Assembly: GCF_000143415.4 (NCBI RefSeq)
Contig: NW_003314329.1
Coordinates: forward strand, 807,763-871,762
Direction of reading: 5' to 3'
Source of the DNA: Selaginella moellendorffii
Taxonomy: Eukaryota > Plantae > Lycopodiophyta
DNA length: 64,000 bases
Part shown: one piece after another, positions 50,988-62,843 of the stretch
How positions within the stretch are numbered: position 1 is the stretch's first letter
Layout: every line of letters starts with the position of its first letter
Position numbers and translations under genes: made by a program
The notes under the pieces: model-generated
Told to the model about the DNA's origin: nothing
The model's input: only the letters and a program-made list of their open reading frames with translations
Database searches by the model: none

Positions 50988-53029
50988 TATTCCTTTACTA
51001 AGTTTCTAATGTATTTTATTTCAAGGTGAACAATCCGAATCTGAATCAGAGGAGGCGTGATGGCATGTGGCCTTATGCCATTCCTAGGTGAGATGATACA
51101 AATAACAAGTATAAATTCTTAGTTGTTCTAGCAAATCTTACTTAAAGTTCAAGGTGAACAAGCCGAATATGAATTCATTGGATTGTTATAACAAATTGCG
51201 AGGTGATGGCATGAGGCGATACGCCATTTGAGAGTGGTAGCCATTCCTATATGAGGTGAGTGAAATATTTATTAGAAATACCTCATTCAATTGTGCACTT
51301 CTAAGTCTTGGTCCACTCAGTACTGTTTGCATGTTTCTATTTTAATTCTTTCTCTAAAATGTTATTTAGCATGTGGCTTCATGCCATTGCTCTCCACAAT
51401 CATGCATTGAATTTTTCTATCCTTGCATAATACTTCTCCATATATATAGCATATGCGCACATGTGATATGGTTCATTAGGCCTGATATAGTGTGTGAGGT
51501 AAAACAAAGATGATGTGACATATGCATTTACCAATCACATGTGCATAAATCTAATAATATCGTGTGTGGCCCATATTAATGGCACATAAACCCATATTGT
51601 GGGCTTACGTGCTTTATGTACCATCATTCCCTTGCAGCGTGTGTGTTGGTTTCCTTTTATAACACAACGAACTCCATATTTTAGGGTGAAGAGCATTCTC
51701 ATGGCAAACACAAAATCTGTAAGTGAGGCAGAAAAGGAGACGGAGAAGGAGATAGGTGAAGATGTAGAATATATAAGTCTTCCAAACTCCCTGTACTATA
51801 TTCCAGGTGATCATTTTTCTGAACAAACGGCAACATTAACAACTATCGAGAACGCCCCAATAACGTCAGAGACAACAATCCAAAGCAAAACAACTAACCC
51901 AGAGAAGGATGATAGTACCGCTGAGAGTACCAAAAAGGAGGTGTCCACTAGCGCTTAGGCTTATAATGGCGTGTGCCCTCATGCCATTTACTTGATCACC
52001 AAATACCTTTTTCCCTTTGCACTAGTATATCTTAATACCGGTCTGAGAAATAGAATGGCATGTGCCCTCAGGCCTTTTACTAAATCACCTTTGAAAGAAA
52101 TGCAAGCCTCTATGTCGTAAAAAAAAGGTACTAGAGAAATTCCTTAATAATATGAATGTTATTTAGTTTCATGAAAATACACTAAGGGTCAAATGAGTTA
52201 AATGACTTCTCTAGACTAGCAATGCCTCTTGCTACACCTTCACAATTAGATTCGTTAGAAAAAGATAACATTGAATAATATCTAAATGTTCTCACCATTA
52301 AATTATATGTCTGGCTAATAGGAATGACGTTCATCTTGGAAAGCTCACCACACGCTCAATGAACAAAAAAATAGTGTGTGCGCGCATGCCATCGCTCTTC
52401 TTTAGTTTCAGATTCGGCTTGTTCACCTTGACAATGAGATTTATTATACAACCAGATGGACTCAGTCTGGACACAAAGTCACTGCGCTAGTCACCATGCC
52501 CCAGATATGTCTAGCCCCTGGACAAAAAACATATAATTTCACGTCATTTTCAAATACTTGAAAATTTTTATTAGTCCCATTTTACTGAATAAATCCCACT
52601 TTAACGAAATAGAGCTTTGTAATGGGATTTTGATTTGGATTAATTTCAATATGAACCACTCACTCTTGTATATAAGTTAAGGTTTTTAGGCTAATTGATA
52701 TACACATTTCTGTATTCCATTTCTATATTCCATGCATTCGAAATACTAATTTATAAATAATTATTTTTTTGCTTAATTCTTGTTTAATAAATAATTATAA
52801 TTATTTATAAACACAAGATTATAAACAATAGTGTATTAGGGTTTAAGTTTAAAACTTATATTCACCAGCAAGCTAAACATGAAGTGTAATTAACATTTGT
52901 TCATGTAGAGAGCTTGGAGTGAAGTTTTGATATATCCAATAACACACTTCTATGTGATTTGTAGAGATCAGACTCCTACAATACTATTGGATTAGAGACA
53001 TACCCTGTGCACAACTCTGTCTGAAAGAA

Positions 53030-55609
53030 TTGGTATTTTGCACACCATACACACGAAGTACCGAAGCTAGTCTGCTTATACTGGCCCAAACTCAAAGATT
53101 AATAGATAGATAATATCAAAGTCATAGACATATCAAAGTCGAGACTGAATTATCAATGAATATATCTTAGATTAGAACACAAAAGTATTCCAAGTAAGAT
53201 ATCATCTAATAAACTAGTATAGTATAGGAACCACCAACATCATCATGTTTGGAAAACATAAAATTCACTATCCAACAAAATTCAATAGCAAGTGTATCAT
53301 CAAGAAAACTCAATAATAACACATAACTATCAAAGAATTGAGATAACATGCTAAGCAACTTACAAAAAACAACTAAAAGAACACAAAGTATCATCAACTT
53401 GGCAAGCAAAATGCTCGCAAATGTATTACCCAAAGGAAATAACATCCAACCTATTAAAACCAACTGTAACGATAGTCAACAAAATAGAATGAATGTTGCA
53501 ATGCAAACAAACACTCAGTCATACCAACCATCACACTGGCCAATCTGAATAAATTCCAGTCAACAATACGAAGGAATTCAAATTGTTTAAGCAAGTGTCA
53601 ACAACATCCTACCGATGTCTCAAACCTAAGACCAATCTAGAACAAACCACAAAGAATATGTGGTAATACAAAAAGCAATAAGCCATCAAAGAGAATAACT
53701 AACCATCATGAAAGAACATTAATCATCCCATCAATAAAGAGATGCATAATCATCATCGAAGAAAGAATCCACCATCCTGAAGAATGGTAAATTATTTTAG
53801 ATCAACAATAATCAAGCAAAACTTCTGATAAAGATAATCAATTATTCTAGATGATAGTCAATCATCACTAATGATTGCTAGATGCAAAAACCAATATCAA
53901 CATTGAAGCTAACAAGCCAAAATGCCTTCCACAACAATTTCAAATAAATGAACTATAAGCATGAAAACTTAAGGAGCCAAAAACTCGAAGAAGCTTATAG
54001 CTAAGTCTTGCCTAACAATGATCACAAATCTCACAAGAACGAACTTCAATGTTAAAGAAAAATCATAGTACAACCCACAATATCTTCCTTAACACATTTA
54101 TAAACCAAACTTCATAATACCAAAGTTAATAAAGAGCATGTTTACATCAATCCAATAGCTAAGCATAAGAAATCTATGCTCAACAAGTGATCTTTTAATT
54201 GATCCTTCATGAATCCATCTATAACAAAATGTAACTCACTTCATAACAAGCATAAGAAAAATCATCAATAATCAATATATCCTAATTCAAATTTAACAAG
54301 GATTCAAATATTCCAATATTGATCACTAACTCTTTCTCTCGTTAAGCTAATATAGTCCACAACTAAATCACTTTTTAAGGAAAAGCTAAAGCTCAACCTT
54401 TACTAAACAATTTCGTCTAGAACACAACTAACTCAATTTACCACTCAGTTCGTTTAAATGTCAACATAGTTGCTAACTAGCAAATGCACAAATGTTAATA
54501 ACACAAACCTACAACCAAATCATCAACATTATCTACATCAAAACTATTGAAACTTAATATCAATCCTAAAGAGAGACATCTCATTTCACTCGAATCTCAA
54601 CATTAACAATATCAACGACAAGGCATCACTTCAATGCTATCAACACTATAACAAGTTAGAAGAAAGTAAGAGTGAATCACCACCCAAACTCTCTAATAAC
54701 TAAGCTAACCAAAGTCGAAGATACTTTAGTCAGTATTCGAGACCAATCCTTCAACAAACTTAGTTACAAATAACACTTCCTCAAGGAGTGAATCACCACA
54801 TCTAAGACTCAATGAAATTCAACACTACGAACTAAACACAATCAAATGATATCGACAAAGGTAAAGTCGAAATGCCAACATGGAAACCTATGTAAATCTA
54901 ACGACACAATCCTCCACAACACCATTCGGTAAGGTAAGCCCATCACTGATAAATCATCATTGAGCAAAGTAAGTGTCAAATAGTCCTTAACAAAGTCTAC
55001 AAAAAATCACTAGTTGCTATGCAACTAACAATCACTCTTCAACTTGCCTTCACAAGACTCAAACACTAAATTCACATCATCAAGTCACATATTTGTCCAA
55101 CATGAATGTGATACCCCAAGTACAAGATAAAGGTTCATAGACAAGCACAAACTAAATGACCACTCGACTCTAACTCAATCGCAATAAGCTCACCAATGTG
55201 TATAACCAATAACTCTGAGTATGCCTTGAAGAGGCTAGCTATACATGATCAACACTTAGTCGAAACCAAGGTGAAGACCATGAGATGGACTTATATTAAT
55301 ACACAACCTCCTCATAAACAAAGCTATAGTACGGGTACCAACATCTTAACCTCAAACAACTAAGTTGGACATCACTATCTTCAGGCAAAGCACGGGGCTA
55401 CCAAGACCAAGTCAAGATCAATAAAAGCTCATTACTCTCATAGAGTCTAATGAAACACAAGGTGCAACCTGCCATCTACAAAGAAAGGCAAAAGGGTCAC
55501 CCTTTTTAAAAAAGCGCAACTACCACTTTTTAACACCAACTCCAGACTCTATCCAACTCAATTGCCTTAGCCCTAAAGTCAGCATCCCTTTCGGGTCGCA
55601 TCATACAAA
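53030..55609 (+). mobile_element. Heavily decayed Ty3/gypsy pol relic (RT/RNase H part), host of the younger insertion
   Basis: G-poor sequence with relic motifs: LANA at about 54477 (GLxNA), IYIK at about 54531 (YIDD), DKGKVE...W..P at about 54855 and TNNSEYAL at about 55205 (TDAS.YALG). Confidence 0.5.
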
Positions 55610-56321
55610 TGTAAACCACAAATTTTTCTTTTCCAATTTGCCCGCTTACCTCGTCTATCCGACCAACACTGCCTTAGCTTGTGCTAAGTTCCCTCACCAA
55701 GGTTCCCGCCTATCATACCAGCTCCTACTTGGTCCTACTTGGTTTCAGCTACTCACTGCACGAGCAACGGAGTGTTAGCCATCCATTTACGGATTCCCAA
55801 ATCTCTCCCAATCCCCCTCCCCGGGTTAGACTGGACTTAAGGTTCAGCTACACTCCCCGCAGGCACAAGTAGCCAAGCACACCAAGCCTCAAGATTCCTA
55901 ACACACCTTGGTACCACAAGACTTGATCATGGGACCCTCTAAATCCCAAGCCTTGGGTGCAACACTTGCTTCGGGACATCGGGGCGAAACACCGTGGCCT
56001 AACAGCCCGATATGGGTACCTCTACCCCCCCATTTCCATCCCGAAGGGAAGGCCCAAGCCCCTAGGAAGGGCGAGGACCAATGAGCCGCATGGTACTCAA
56101 GTGGGGCACCACTCCACATGAGCTGGGAGCACCGCAGTCGGTTTCCCTTTCAGGAGTGGGAGCTGCTCTTGAGCAGTTCCTGGGGTGGCCCTTCCAGCAC
56201 CACCCAAGTCACTGCTCACTCCCACCCAAGGCCCCTCGGCCCCAATCTCAACCTCAAGTCAGTTTGGAAGCACCACTGGAGAGTTCCTTCAAGACTGGTT
56301 CCTGGACCTCACTATCCTTAC
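55610..56321 (-). repeat. 3' LTR (end abuts assembly gap)
   Basis: Starts tgtaaacc, is similar to 61963-62568 over about 600 bp, and ends tccttac just before the N run. Confidence 0.85.
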
Positions 56322-57198
56322 NNNNNNNNNNNNNNNNNNNNNNNNNNNNNNNNNNNNNNNNNNNNNNNNNNNNNNNNNNNNNNNNNNNNNNNNNNNNNNN
56401 NNNNNNNNNNNNNNNNNNNNNNNNNNNNNNNNNNNNNNNNNNNNNNNNNNNNNNNNNNNNNNNNNNNNNNNNNNNNNNNNNNNNNNNNNNNNNNNNNNNN
56501 NNNNNNNNNNNNNNNNNNNNNNNNNNNNNNNNNNNNNNNNNNNNNNNNNNNNNNNNNNNNNNNNNNNNNNNNNNNNNNNNNNNNNNNNNNNNNNNNNNNN
56601 NNNNNNNNNNNNNNNNNNNNNNNNNNNNNNNNNNNNNNNNNNNNNNNNNNNNNNNNNNNNNNNNNNNNNNNNNNNNNNNNNNNNNNNNNNNNNNNNNNNN
56701 NNNNNNNNNNNNNNNNNNNNNNNNNNNNNNNNNNNNNNNNNNNNNNNNNNNNNNNNNNNNNNNNNNNNNNNNNNNNNNNNNNNNNNNNNNNNNNNNNNNN
56801 NNNNNNNNNNNNNNNNNNNNNNNNNNNNNNNNNNNNNNNNNNNNNNNNNNNNNNNNNNNNNNNNNNNNNNNNNNNNNNNNNNNNNNNNNNNNNNNNNNNN
56901 NNNNNNNNNNNNNNNNNNNNNNNNNNNNNNNNNNNNNNNNNNNNNNNNNNNNNNNNNNNNNNNNNNNNNNNNNNNNNNNNNNNNNNNNNNNNNNNNNNNN
57001 NNNNNNNNNNNNNNNNNNNNNNNNNNNNNNNNNNNNNNNNNNNNNNNNNNNNNNNNNNNNNNNNNNNNNNNNNNNNNNNNNNNNNNNNNNNNNNNNNNNN
57101 NNNNNNNNNNNNNNNNNNNNNNNNNNNNNNNNNNNNNNNNNNNNNNNNNNNNNNNNNNNNNNNNNNNNNNNNNNNNNNNNNNNNNNNNNNNNNNNNNN
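56322..57198. other. Assembly gap (N run)
   Basis: Run of n characters. Confidence 0.99.
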
Positions 57199-57234
57199 AA
57201 GTACATAGAGTTCTGGCTTGCAGAAATTCCTCCA

Positions 57235-60200
57235 TTAGATCTCGCGTGTCACTAGGTTCTCCTCCTGTTCCCATGTTGCTTCGCAGTGTAGAAATCCTTT
57301 CCACTTCATATGGAACTCTCTCACCTCGCGTCCTTGTCGCCTGCTCTTGCATGCATTGAGGATGGCCTTGAGTTCATATTCCTCTTCCCCTTGGATAACC
57401 TCAGGTAAAGGTCTTATTTGGTCCTTGCGAAGCGGATCCTCAAAGTACGGCTTGAGTAAGTTCACGTGGAACACTGGGTGCATCTTCCCCATCTCTCGAG
57501 AAAGTCGGAGACAGTAAGCCACTTTACCGATTCGTGCCTCAATCTCGTAAGGCCCCGCGAACCTGCTTAAGGAACTCAAGATCAATTCATTTACAGGAAT
57601 ACATGCATTTTTACCTTTGGGTCAACTTCTGGCTGACCCCACTTGGTAGCCTAAGGTTCTTGGTGTTCAGCCACACCTTCTCCCCAGCTTGGAACTCTAC
57701 ATCCCGACGCTTCTGGTTCGCATACTTGGTTTGCCTTTGTTAAGCTCGTTCCAAGGAATCCCTCACTAGATTCCAGATGTTGAGTCTTTCCACCGTGAAT
57801 GCCTCCACTACGGGTAACTCTCCATGATACTCGGCCACGCCGAGTTCCATAGGACCTTCAATAGCTCACCCATTGATGACTTCCCATGGACTCACCCCGA
57901 TACTCGAATGTGGTGAGTTGTTATAACACATTTCCGCAAGTCCCAAATGACTTACCCAATCGGTTTGGTCTCCCTAGACATAGCATCGCAAATAATCCTT
58001 TACCTATCTATTCACCCTTTCTGTTTGTCCGTCTGTCAAGAAGTGTTAGTGCCATCAAACTTGACTTAATACCCCATACCTGTCTGTGGGTGGTAGGCTG
58101 TGCTGAATTTCAACTTGGTGCAATACTGTTCTAGGAGAGTCCTCTAGAACCTACTAGTGAAGATCTTATCTCGATTTGAGATAATCTCTTCTGGCCTTCC
58201 CTGCACTCGAACCACTTGTTCGAAGAATAGCTTTGCCACACCTTCTGCATCCACTTCTGTTGTAGTGGGTATGAAATGTGCCATCTTCAAAAATCGGTCC
58301 ACCACCACAAATATCGCATCAAACCCTTCGCTTGGGGGGAGTCCCGTGATGAAGTCCATCATAAGACATTTCTATGGATGATCTGGAACAAGCCCCCACT
58401 AGCCTTAGTCACGGCTTTTACTTGCTGACATGTTGGACATGTCTTTACATAGTCTTGGACGTCCTTAGCCATATCTGGCCAGTGATACTTCCTCTTGAGT
58501 AAGCCCAGCATCTTGGGCACTCCGCCGTGTCCCGCAAGGGGTCCGTCATGACACTCTTCTAAGGCTACCTTCCTTAGTTCCCCTTCTAGAACATACACCC
58601 TTGTTTGCTTGTAATAGATGAGTCCGTTGCGTTCTGCATAGCCCGTTTTCTCTTCCGTTGGCAGCTCACCTCTCTAGTGAGCTTCCCATGCCTCTAGATT
58701 TCTTAGCAACACTACCATCGTTCTCATATGCTGTCTGCACATCATCCCAAAAGGTTGCTGTCGCACTAGATATTGCCAACTTCAAGCTCGCTTTTCGACT
58801 TAGCGCATCTGCCACGATGTTGCTCTTCCCAGGCTTGTACAGGATTTCGCAATCAAACTCGACCAAGGCATTGGCCCACCAACCTTGTTTCCCTCTCAGG
58901 TCGGGCTGTGACAAGAAGTGTTTTATTGCCACATTGTCCGTGTAAACCTTGAAATGTCTCCCAAGGTAGTGTCACCACTCCTTGAGCGCCTTGACCACCG
59001 CAAACAGTTCCTTCTCGTGGGTAGGCCACTTCCTTTGAGCCTTGTCCAACTTCTTCAAGAAGAACGCTACTGGATGGTTGTCTTGCTTCAAAACTGCGCC
59101 CAACGCAAAGTCCGAAGCATTCGTTTCTACCTCAAAGTCCTTACCAAAGTCTGGGAATGCCAACACGGGAGCCTTCCTCAACTTCCCTTTAAGGTGGACG
59201 AATGCCGCCTCGCATTTTGCTGTCCATACCATCTTCCCTTTTCTTGTTTGTCCGTTAAGGGCAGGGCTAGTCTTGAATAGTGTCTGATAAACTTTCGGTA
59301 GTAGTTGCATAGCCCCAAGAATGCCCTCAACTCATGTACATTCAATGGTTGCTCCCATTCCTGGATCGCTTGGACCTTCTCCAGGTCCACCTTGAGCCCG
59401 TCCTGGCCCACCACATGCCCAAGAAACTTTACCTCTTGTTGAGCAAAGTCACATTTGCTCTCTTTAGCATATAGTTTGTGTTCCCTTAGTTTCTCAAACA
59501 CCTTCGCCAAGTGTTCGGCATGCTCCTCTAGCGCCTCGCTATAGATCAGGATGTCGTCGATATAGACGACCACGAAGTGATCCAGATAGGGTACAAAGAT
59601 GTGGTTCATCAGCGCCAAAAACGTTGCCAGCGCATTACATAGCCCGAAGGGCATCACCAGAAACTCAAAGCTCCCATACCTTGTTCGACAGGTTGTCTTC
59701 TCAACATCTTCCTCGGCTACCCTGATCTGGTAGTATCTTGACATTAGGTCAATCCTCGAGAAGTATTTTGCCTTTCCTAACCTATCGAATAGGTCCTCAA
59801 TCCTTGGCAAAGGGTACTTGTTCTTCTTTGTATACTTGTTGAGCAACCGGTAGTCTATGCACATGCGCATAGATCCATCTTTCTTTTTCACAAATAACAC
59901 CGGCGCCCCATACTGCGACTTGCTCAACCTAACATACCTTTTGTCCACCAACTCCTCTAGTTGGCACTTGAGCTCTTTGAGTTCTTTTTTGTTCAAACGA
60001 TAGGGGGGACGAACCACCGCCTCAGCACCCTCGACAAGCTCAATCTTATGTTCTATCGGTCGTGCAGGGGGCAACCCTGCCGGTAGCTCCTCTAGCATGG
60101 TATCCTGGAATTGGTCTAACACCCGCTGGATCACTAAAAGTACTTCTTCCGTTCCTGTCTTTTTGTCACTCTTCGCCGAGAGTAAGCACAAAAAGGCTGC

Positions 60201-60869
60201 CTTAGTTCTTTTAGTGAGTTGTCCTCTCGTGGACACCAGGTTTAAATAGGAATCTTTGGCCTTGCTTTGCCCTACCTTTAGATCTTGGGCCTCCACCCTA
60301 AATCTTCTTCCTTGGGCATTCGCTAGTACCACAAGGTTCCTACCTTGTCCATGCAGGGCTACCACGAACTGATTGAACCAATCCATTCCAAAGATCACGT
60401 CAAATTCTGCCATGTCCAATACGGTGAAATCCATGTCTACTTTCCATGTCCCTACTTCGACTCTTGCTTGTCGAAGTACCTGAACAAACTCTATAGTCCT
60501 TGGTTTGCCTAGCTGCTGCACCGTTAGTCCGGCTTGCCAGACTATGTCTACAGCCACAAAATTATCTGAAGCACCCGTGTCAATAAGGATCTTAACAAAG
60601 CTACCTCCAAGCTTCCCTCGGAGGGCTAGTAGATGTCGTGAATGACTCTCTACCAAAGTTGCTCGTGTAATGAGTAACTTTGAGTTAGGGACTAGATCAC
60701 ATACCTCAGTTTGGACTTCACCCGACTTGATGGCCATATTGGCTCTAGCCTTCTTCGGGTAGGGACATTCCCTCAAAAAATGTCGCGCTTCACCGCAGTT
60801 GTAGCATACGTTGTTTCCCATGCTGCTATACAACTTGACCTTCTTATCTATAGGTTTGCCTCTTTTCAC
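57235..60869 (-). pseudogene. Retrotransposon pol (PR-RT-RH-IN-chromodomain) with frameshifts and stops
   Basis: ORF pieces 59178-60869, 58972-59310, 58666-58932, 58359-58598, 58144-58362 and 57235-57585. Confidence 0.92.
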
Positions 60870-61031
60870 TTGACTCCCCCACGTACTCGCTCGCTAGCCA
60901 CCGGATTTGCCTTTCCGGGACCCCGAGGACTCATTCTTAGAGAAACTCTTCTTGAATTTCCCCTTGCTATACGTTCCACTTGGTTTGGCCCCTTTGCTAA
61001 ACATGGATCCCGACCCTGTCGTGTTTCCCTT

Positions 61032-61903
61032 TCACAGGTTATCGTTGAAATGCACCTTGATGGCTGCATCCAACGCTTCCTTGTAGTTGGTCGGGTTCCA
61101 CCGCATCACCTCACCGCGAGCCCAGGTTTGTAAACCTGATATGAAGGCATGGAACGCATCTATGTCCCCCATATCCGTGACAAGTATCCTCTTTACCATA
61201 AACCCATTCACATACTCCTGAATGGTTTCGGTCTGCTTCAGCCTACTCAGCTCGTCCCTTAGATGCAGGGTAGCATTCGGAGGAACGTAAGTCGCACGGA
61301 TCCTCGCCTTCATCATTTCCCAAGTGGCCACCGGTCCTTTGTTGGCCTCTGTTGTTCTCCACAAGGACTTGGCATTATCTGCCAAGTATGGTTTTGCATA
61401 TGGGACCTTCTCCGAGCTCGGTAACTGCAACGCTCGGAAGTAGTCCTCCATATTGTAAAACCAATCCTCCACCACCTTATAGTTGTTCACTCCCTTAAAG
61501 ACCGGTGGGGGCTTTGGTTTGTACTTGGGAATTGCCTGAGGGACTGATTCCACTTTGGTTTGTTCAACCTTATCTGGTTTTGCCTCAGTCCCTAACGAAG
61601 GGTCCGCACCTTCTACACTACCAGCATTTGCAGTCTTTCGTTTTTTCTTCTGCTTCTCATCACGCTTTAGCTTGCGTACGAGAGTCTCCAGCAGGGCATT
61701 GGTCTGCGCCAATTGTCCTTCTAGAACGTCCAATCAAGCCTTGGATGACCGAACCTCGCCATCGGATCCTGTTTGGAAGTTTCCTCACTAGAGTCCTCCT
61801 CATGCAAGGATTCCTCATCCATAGCCTCTTGTTCGACCGGAGGCTCCAGCTCTGGCGGGGGTTCTATCTCTGCCTGGGTTCGCTTACATCCTGCCCTTGC
61901 CAT
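61032..61903 (-). pseudogene. Retrotransposon gag (frameshifted)
   Basis: PPVFKG...VEDWFYNMEDYF, AKSLW, TWEMMK, LKQTETIQEY and FISGL. Confidence 0.88.
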
Positions 61904-61946
61904 CTCCCAGCAATCCGCCTCTATCCTTCGCTAGAACTAAGGAAGA

Positions 61947-61959
61947 GGCTTTGATACCA
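61947..61959 (-). promoter_or_regulatory. Primer binding site complementary to tRNA-iMet 3' end
   Basis: The minus strand reads TGGTATCAAAGCC, 3 nt downstream of the 5' LTR. Confidence 0.85.
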
Positions 61960-61962
61960 AAT

Positions 61963-62838
61963 TGTAAGCCACAATTTTTCCTTTCCAATTTGCCCACTTA
62001 CCTCGTCTATCCGACCAACACTGCCTTGGCTTGTGCAAAGTTCCCTCATCAAGATTCCCGCCTATCATACCAGCTTTTACTTGGTCCTACTTGGTTTCAG
62101 CTACTCACTACATGAGCAACGGAGTGTTAGCCATCCATTTACGGATTCCCAAATCTCTCCCAATCCCCCTCCTCGGGTTAGACTGGACTTAAGGTTCGGC
62201 TACACTCCCCGCAGGCACAAGCAGCCAAGCACACCAAGCCTCCAGGTTCCTAACACCCCTTGGTACCACAAGACTTGATCATGGGACCCTCTAAATCCCA
62301 AGCCTTGGGTGCAACACTTGCTTCGGGACATCGGGGCGAAACACCGTGGCTTAACGGCCCGGTATGGGTAGCTCTACCCCCCCATTTCCATCCCAAAGGG
62401 AAGGCCCAAGCCCCTAGGCAGGGCAAGGACCAATGAGCCACAAGGTGCTCAAGTGGGGCACCATTCCACATGAGCTGGGAGCACCGCAGTCGGTTTCCCT
62501 TTCGGGAGTGGGAGCTGCTCTTGAGCACTTCCCTGGGTGGCCCCTCCGACACCACCCAAGCCCATGCTCACACAATCTCGGACCCAATCTCGGACTCGAC
62601 TTTGGACTCGAACTCGAACTCGGTCTCGGACCCAATTTGGGATCTCGGACTCTGTCTCAAACTCGGTCTCGAACTCGGTCTCCGATTCGGCCTCGAACTC
62701 GATCCCGGACTCTATCTTGAACTCGGTCTCAGAGTCGGTCTTGGACTCGATCTTCGACTCGGTCCCATCCGATGAACTCTTTGTCATTTCGGTCATGCTT
62801 TCGGGGATCCTTTAGCCTCGGGGAGTCGGTTCCTTACA
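61963..62838 (-). repeat. 5' LTR (876 bp) containing a hexamer repeat array at about 62575-62765
   Basis: tgtaag...cttaca ends, with repeated ctcgaa/ctcgga/ctcggt units. Confidence 0.9.
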
Positions 62839-62843
62839 ACAAA

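Larger units (their letters stand above)
40139..52392. repeat. Dispersed 22-bp palindrome family ATGGCRT-N8-AYGCCAT, about 20 copies
   Basis: Copies start at 40139, 40431, 41508, 41583, 44225, 45501, 45561, 45638, 47150, 47656, 47753, 47823, 49661, 49718, 51060, 51206, 51366, 51966, 52055 and 52371; some are degenerate. Confidence 0.88.
40043..52619. mobile_element. 12.6-kb TIR DNA transposon with Sola1-like transposase and a divergent accessory gene
   Basis: Left TIR taaagttctattttgttaaagtggga (40043-40068) matches the reverse complement of tcccactttaacgaaatagagctttg (52594-52619) at 23/26. Direct repeat TAATG at 40038-40042 and 52620-52624. Confidence 0.8.
55610..62838 (-). mobile_element. 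Full-length Ty3/gypsy chromovirus LTR retrotransposon, degenerate
   Basis: TG...CA termini and TSD ACAAA (55605-55609 and 62839-62843). Contains gag, a zinc knuckle ([14 protein letters not shown]), protease LIDTGA, RT YIDD, RNase H, integrase (H..H..C..C, MDFITGLP, GPY) and a chromodomain (KWKGF...TWE). Confidence 0.95.

Noticed and set aside
51599-51958. 119-aa ORF in the right arm of the TIR element
   Set aside because: Low-complexity with no recognisable domain; cannot be supported as a gene.
40139-52392. Palindromic repeats as a CRISPR array
   Set aside because: Spacing is irregular (tens to thousands of bp), there are no uniform spacers or cas genes, and the context is eukaryotic.
56081-57359. 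Long ORFs of 305-413 aa
   Set aside because: Artefacts of translating the N gap.
62433-62815. ORFs with ETEF/RTRS/LGLE repeats
   Set aside because: Translations of the LTR hexamer array with no coding evidence.
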